A stretch of 63,583 bases of DNA, counting the filler, from Octopus bimaculoides (lineage: Eukaryota), in assembly GCF_001194135.2 (NCBI RefSeq). It is 4 parts of 4 records of this genome, joined end to end, with 100 filler letters (N's around TTAATTAATTAA, not from the genome) between each part and the next. Parts side by side here need not be neighbours in the genome. Positions count along the whole stretch, not along the records: positions 52,195 to 63,583 come from NC_068998.1; 3 more parts are not named here. The stretch is one strand, 5' to 3'. The notes under the pieces were generated by a model. The model ran no database searches. It was given only the letters and a program-made list of their open reading frames with translations, and was not told the origin of the DNA. The first letter of the stretch is position 1. The number at the start of each line of letters is the position of its first letter. Below are positions 59,753 through 63,583 of the stretch, piece after piece. The translations under genes were made by a program, and so were the position numbers.

Positions 59753-61050
59753 GTATATGTACATACGCGTGAGTGTGAATGTTTGTGTGCGTGTGTGTGT
59801 ATGTGCATGTGTATGTATGTGTATGCCTACATGCATACTAACATATGTATATACACTCGCTTACACAAATACATGCGTACACTCACACACAAACACACAC
59901 ACACAAACACACACACGCATACACTCTCACACAATATTAATCATTTCTCATATAAAACGTACAGCATGAACACATTTCGTAGCAAGCTAGTCTACTAGAG
60001 CGATCCATGGGTTTTAAGCTTGATTTCTATGATAATAATACTATCACGTAGCAAGGGATAGAAAACAATTAGCAAGGAAATGGATATGGCACAACACTGG
60101 AAGATAAGATGACTGAAAGAATCAGCGCATACGTTGAACTTTGATAACCTCTTTTGTGGCCTAGTATAGAGATGAACACCATCTGGTTGTCTTTATTTAA
60201 AAATGAACATTATGCCTACTGCCATAAAATAGTTAGATCTAAGGTTGTTGAATTCCGGTAGCGTGTTTACGAACCGGATTATGGGACAATAAATGATAGC
60301 GCTAGTAGGCGTGACTTCAATTCCTGGGTCAGTCGATTTATACCCACTTTAACTCAAGTGAAACAAGGAAGGGATATCACAACTTTGAGAATGACTAATA
60401 AATAGAATATAACCCTGGTATGGAATACGACGTCCTGTGGACGTCTTAAAAGTTTCGGATCCAATATCTATAAACATTGTCGAACACGACAAACACCTAA
60501 AAAATGCCAAAGTGTACAACGGAGCAAATGTGATTAAAGTAATGAAGATTCGGAAATTAAATTGATTAGATTAATATATAATAATTTTTCTAATATAGCG
60601 ACAAAGCCTAAATTTATCTAGGGAGTGGTTAGTCGATAACTGGACCCCAGCATTCGACAGGTAGGTTGTGTTGTTGAGCTTCGGAAGAATGAAGGGCAAA
60701 GTTGATATGAGCAGGACTTAAACATAGAGCGTGAGCCATGACAATCTAACTCATTTATTTTTTATCGAGTCAGCGAGGATGAAAGGTAAAGTTAGCCGAA
60801 ACGGTTTTTGAACTTCGAGCACAAGGATTAAGGACAAAGTAACAGGAAATTTATGGAAGCCAGAAGGATAAAAGTAGAGTTAAAACTCATCGTTATTTGC
60901 ATTCAGAGGCTAAAGAACAGAGACACTTTATATTACACATTATTTTATCAAACATTTCTAGCTAATAAAGAACCGGTTTCTAGCCTAGATCCAAAGCTCT
61001 TTCAATGAAATTTTAAACATGAATAAGATATTTGTGCATAATTGGGTGTA
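59560..61050. repeat. Inverted pair of an about 100-bp dispersed repeat (about 59560-59660 and 60960-61050)
   Basis: attatgcacaaNtatcttattNatgtttaaaattNcaNtgaaagagcNttggatNtaggNtagaaaccgg on opposite strands. Confidence 0.75.
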
Positions 61051-63505
61051 TTGGGTGCATAATTGTTTGTATTGAAATTGTAATGTTCTAAACTGTAATC
61101 GATGAGAGAAATCCAATGATCAACTCTTTGATATGGATCATAGTAGACATCGATCGGAGAACCAGGAGAAACATGTCAAAATATTTATCAAGTCACAATT
61201 GAATATTTCAAACAGATACAGTCAAAAATATTATCAATAACAGACCGCTTTCTTAAGGAAGAATGATACATTAAATAGAGCTATATGAAAATTCTTTCTA
61301 ATTTTGGCATAAGGCCAGCAGTTTTGAGGGGAGAGAAAGTTTATAGCCTCAACTCTAGCTCTGAAGCGGTACTATTTTATCGACTCCGAAAGGATGAAAG
61401 GCTAAAACCAACCTCGTCAGAATTTAAACTCAGTACGTAAAAAGCCGAAGAAATGCTACACAAAACATTTGTTCAGTGTTAACAGGAAGTTCATTTTATA
61501 TTGTTCCAAATTTACTCATCTGAAAATTTGTGGGGTCTGCTGCAGATTGGCACTTCGCAGACAAGCCAACATCTTACAAACGGAAAACATCAAAGCTCTC
61601 GGCGACTACAGCACATAGGATGAAGTTATCTCAGAATATATTATCTAATGCGTCCTTCTTTCATTTTTATGATGAGGATGATGTGTTCTGAGGATTTGAG
61701 GGGCTGCTTCTAGCAGTTGGTGTGGCCATGTAGAGACTCCAAATTGTTTCGAGAGTTAAATTTAGCATTAAAATAGATATCATGACCTGTTCGTAGTACT
61801 GACGTCCCAATACATATTGTATAATTAAGGAGAATTTCACTAGCAGATAGTACCAAATGCTTTCAGGATACCCAATATATAAAACCAACCACATTGCTGT
61901 AACTCTTTCTTCATTCGCATTTAAAGCAGGCACACGTATTTAGACACACAAACACATATACACAAACATATACACATATACATTTCTCAAAAGATTTCTG
62001 CTATATATGTCTCCTAGCTAATCTAAGTTCATTAGCGGCGCTTGACATCGTGGAGTTAACATCACACTACAGCATTTCCTTGATAGGTAAGAGTCAGATA
62101 AAAACAGGGAAGAGGAAGAGGAAGAAAGNNNNNNNNNNNNNNNNNNNNNNNNNNNNNNNNNNNNNNNNNNNNNNNNNNNNNNNNNNNNNNNNNNNNNNNN
62201 NNNNNNNNNNNNNNNNNNNNNNNNNNNNNNNNNNNNNNNNNNNNNNNNNNNNNNNNNNNNNNNNNNNNNNNNNNNNNNNNNNNNNNNNNNNNNNNNNNNN
62301 NNNNNNNNNNNNNNNNNNNNNNNNNNNNNNNNNNNNNNNNNNNNNNNNNNNNNNNNNNNNNNNNNNNNNNNNNNNNNNNNNNNNNNNNNNNNNNNNNNNN
62401 NNNNNNNNNNNNNNNNNNNNNNNNNNNNNNNNNNNNNNNNNNNNNNNNNNNNNNNNNNNNNNNNNNNNNNNNNNNNNNNNNNNNNNNNNNNNNNNNNNNN
62501 NNNNNNNNNNNNNNNNNNNNNNNNNNNNNNNNNNNNNNNNNNNNNNNNNNNNNNNNNNNNNNNNNNNNNNNNNNNNNNNNNNNNNNNNNNNNNNNNNNNN
62601 NNNNNNNNNNNNNNNNNNNNNNNNNNNNNNNNNNNNNNNNNNNNNNNNNNNNNNNNNNNNNNNNNNNNNNNNNNNNNNNNNNNNNNNNNNNNNNNNNNNN
62701 NNNNNNNNNNNNNNNNNNNNNNNNNNNNNNNNNNNNNNNNNNNNNNNNNNNNNNNNNNNNNNNNNNNNNNNNNNNNNNNNNNNNNNNNNNNNNNNNNNNN
62801 NNNNNNNNNNNNNNNNNNNNNNNNNNNNNNNNNNNNNNNNNNNNNNNNNNNNNNNNNNNNNNNNNNNNNNNNNNNNNNNNNNNNNNNNNNNNNNNNNNNN
62901 NNNNNNNNNNNNNNNNNNNNNNNNNNNNNNNNNNNNNNNNNNNNNNNNNNNNNNNNNNNNNNNNNNNNNNNNNNNNNNNNNNNNNNNNNNNNNNNNNNNN
63001 NNNNNNNNNNNNNNNNNNNNNNNNNNNNNNNNNNNNNNNNNNNATATATGTATATATTTATATGTATGTATGTATGTGTGTGTATGTATACATGTATGCA
63101 TGTATGTATGCTGGTGTGTGTGAGTAGTTTTCAGAGAGTATCAAAGGAAATTCATATGCTTTATATATGTGTGTGTGTGTATGTGTGCGTGTGTGTGTAT
63201 AGGCCTTCGCGTGTGTCTATATATAGGTTTTCACGTGTGCGTTTATATAGGTTTCCATGTGTGTGTATGTGGTGCGCGTAGGTGTGTGCCTGTATTCCCA
63301 ATATCCATGAAGTATCAAGTTTACCTGTAGTTGATGAAAATAAAATCACAGCAGGGACGTAATGAAAGAAAAACTGGTAATTTGTGCAACGCATGTATAT
63401 ATTCAGCATTAATACAATACCGCTGGAAATCAACATGTATGTATTTATGTAAATATGTATGCATGTGTCTATGCGAATCAAATGTATATGTATGTGCACA
63501 CCCAT

Positions 63506-63583
63506 CTCTCTCTCTCTCTCTCGCCCCCTCTCTCTCTCGCCCCTCTCTCTCTCTCGCCCCTCTCTCTCTCTCGCCCCTCTCTC
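63506..63583 (+). repeat. (CT)n array with periodic CGCCC interruptions
   Basis: ctctctctctcgccc units of about 15-17 bp at the window end. Confidence 0.85.

Noticed and set aside
61667-61933. 88-aa hydrophobic ORF as a host exon
   Set aside because: No recognisable family or convincing splice context; at best a faint piggyBac-like relic.

Overview
This is AT-rich, microsatellite-dense, gapped animal genomic DNA. Its SINE, mariner and Penelope-type repeat content suggests an octopus or other coleoid cephalopod (inference). It holds one convincing host gene: a two-exon DNAJC9 orthologue (J-domain histone chaperone, 243 aa; exon 1 at 17955-18526, 9.5-kb intron, exon 2 at 28032-28191). Most other recognisable sequence is decayed transposons: mariner and Tc1/maT-like, hAT and piggyBac MITEs or fragments, Tx1/L1, RTE, R4/Dong-like, Hero-like and L2/CR1-like LINEs, Gypsy pieces, and two tRNA-like SINE families. 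There are five main leads. (1) Several minimal type-I hammerhead ribozyme motifs lie in Penelope-like inverted/direct repeat modules; the best has an intact core and a GUC site, antisense in the DNAJC9 intron. (2) A SINE family has a 3' tail matching the 3' terminus of a Tx1/L1-clade LINE in the same window. (3) A near full-length Tx1-clade LINE is nested inside a mariner. (4) Fold-back structures are common, including a 410-bp-arm inverted repeat, a 199-bp hairpin upstream of DNAJC9 and a pre-miRNA-like intronic hairpin. (5) A MITE is internally amplified into four tandem units joined by mini-hairpins. All family assignments come from manual motif recognition, not database searches.
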